Source: Thermoproteota archaeon (GTDB lineage Archaea > Thermoproteota > Thermoprotei > Gearchaeales > Gearchaeaceae). Taken from it: a stretch of DNA of 59,764 nucleotides. Made by a program: the position numbers and the translations under genes. Below the pieces are notes generated by a model. That model was not told the DNA's origin. It saw only the letters and a list, made by a program, of their open reading frames with translations, and ran no database searches. How positions within the stretch are numbered: position 1 is the stretch's first letter; the number at the start of each line of letters is the position of its first letter. Positions 59,345 to 59,764 of this stretch are shown piece after piece. The stretch is taken from the NCBI GenBank assembly GCA_032249315.1, contig JAVVGB010000002.1, positions 1 through 59,764 of the forward strand, in the 5' to 3' direction.

Positions 59345-59764
59345 TTAAATGTATACTGTTGTTATTGCTTTTTGAACTATAGAAGGCTCTGAAATTAACT
59401 TTAATCCTTCAAATATACTTGGTTTTTTACCTTCAATAAAAGCTTCAATTAAAGTCAAAGGTTTTAATGTTTTAATTGTTTTTATTATTTCCTTTTCATT
59501 TAATTTCATCCAGAAATTTACTATTTTTTTACCAACCATTAACCTTTCACCATACTTTTCCCAAAATATTTTCTCATAGTCATTTTTAAAGCAATTTTTT
59601 CCTGCAAAAAGAGCGAAACGGATTCCTTCACCACTTGAAGGCATAACCATACCAGCAGAATCTCCTGCAACAACAACCTTACCTAATCTTAATTGTTTTA
59701 AAGGACCATTTGCAGGAAAAGCTGCTCCTTCAATTTTACCTAAGGGTTCAACATCAAATTTCTT
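59345..59764 (-). CDS. geranylgeranyl reductase family flavoprotein, C-terminal part (5' end outside the window)
   Basis: The frame stays open to the window edge. My translation is ...VVVAGDSAGMVMPSSGEGIRFALFAG, the GD.AG..P..GEGI motif of this family. Confidence 0.78.
   Translation of the reverse strand, partial: KKFDVEPLGKIEGAAFPANGPLKQLRLGKVVVAGDSAGMVMPSSGEGIRFALFAGKNCFKNDYEKIFWEKYGERLMVGKKIVNFWMKLNEKEIIKTIKTLKPLTLIEAFIEGKKPSIFEGLKLISEPSIVQKAITTVYI

Noticed and set aside
1-59764. CRISPR arrays, IS elements or transposases, integrases, toxin-antitoxin pairs, inteins in atpA/atpB or the synthetases
   Set aside because: I looked for regularly spaced repeats, terminal inverted repeats around ORFs, and insertion-sized extra domains. 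None were found. ATPase A and B are of normal length.

Overview
This is about 59.8 kb of a very AT-rich, very gene-dense archaeal chromosome. By eye, the coding DNA is roughly 30% GC, while the stable RNA genes are strongly GC-rich, which suggests a thermophile. The gene content points to a crenarchaeal/TACK-type lineage. It includes ribosomal proteins S25e and S30e, an aKMT-like lysine methyltransferase, Hjc, a two-subunit 2-oxoacid:ferredoxin oxidoreductase, a stand-alone 5S rRNA, GatDE, Nop5-fibrillarin, and an A-type ATPase operon with a Sulfolobus-like E-A-B-D-small ORF-c order. Almost everything is housekeeping: four aminoacyl-tRNA synthetase or amidotransferase loci, nucleotide and cofactor metabolism, and RNA modification enzymes. 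I see no CRISPR array, IS element, integrase or recognisable defence operon. I call one 5S rRNA and three tRNA genes. Two of the tRNAs carry introns, and one of those introns is at a non-canonical site. I also call three short genes that fall below the ORF-track length cutoff. The features most worth a second look are non-coding. (1) atpI is inverted inside the ATPase operon and is bracketed by two direct copies of a hairpin-bearing element. (2) A 154-nt rod-like palindrome with a GC-rich, pseudoknot-capable core lies in the longest spacer of the window, next to two ORFans downstream of tRNA-Cys. Secondary oddities are an ETF-like pair with an eroded FAD signature, non-canonical HIGH/KMSKS motifs in ValRS and IleRS, and a beta-CASP nuclease with an unassigned C-terminal domain. 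All alignments and folds were done by hand.
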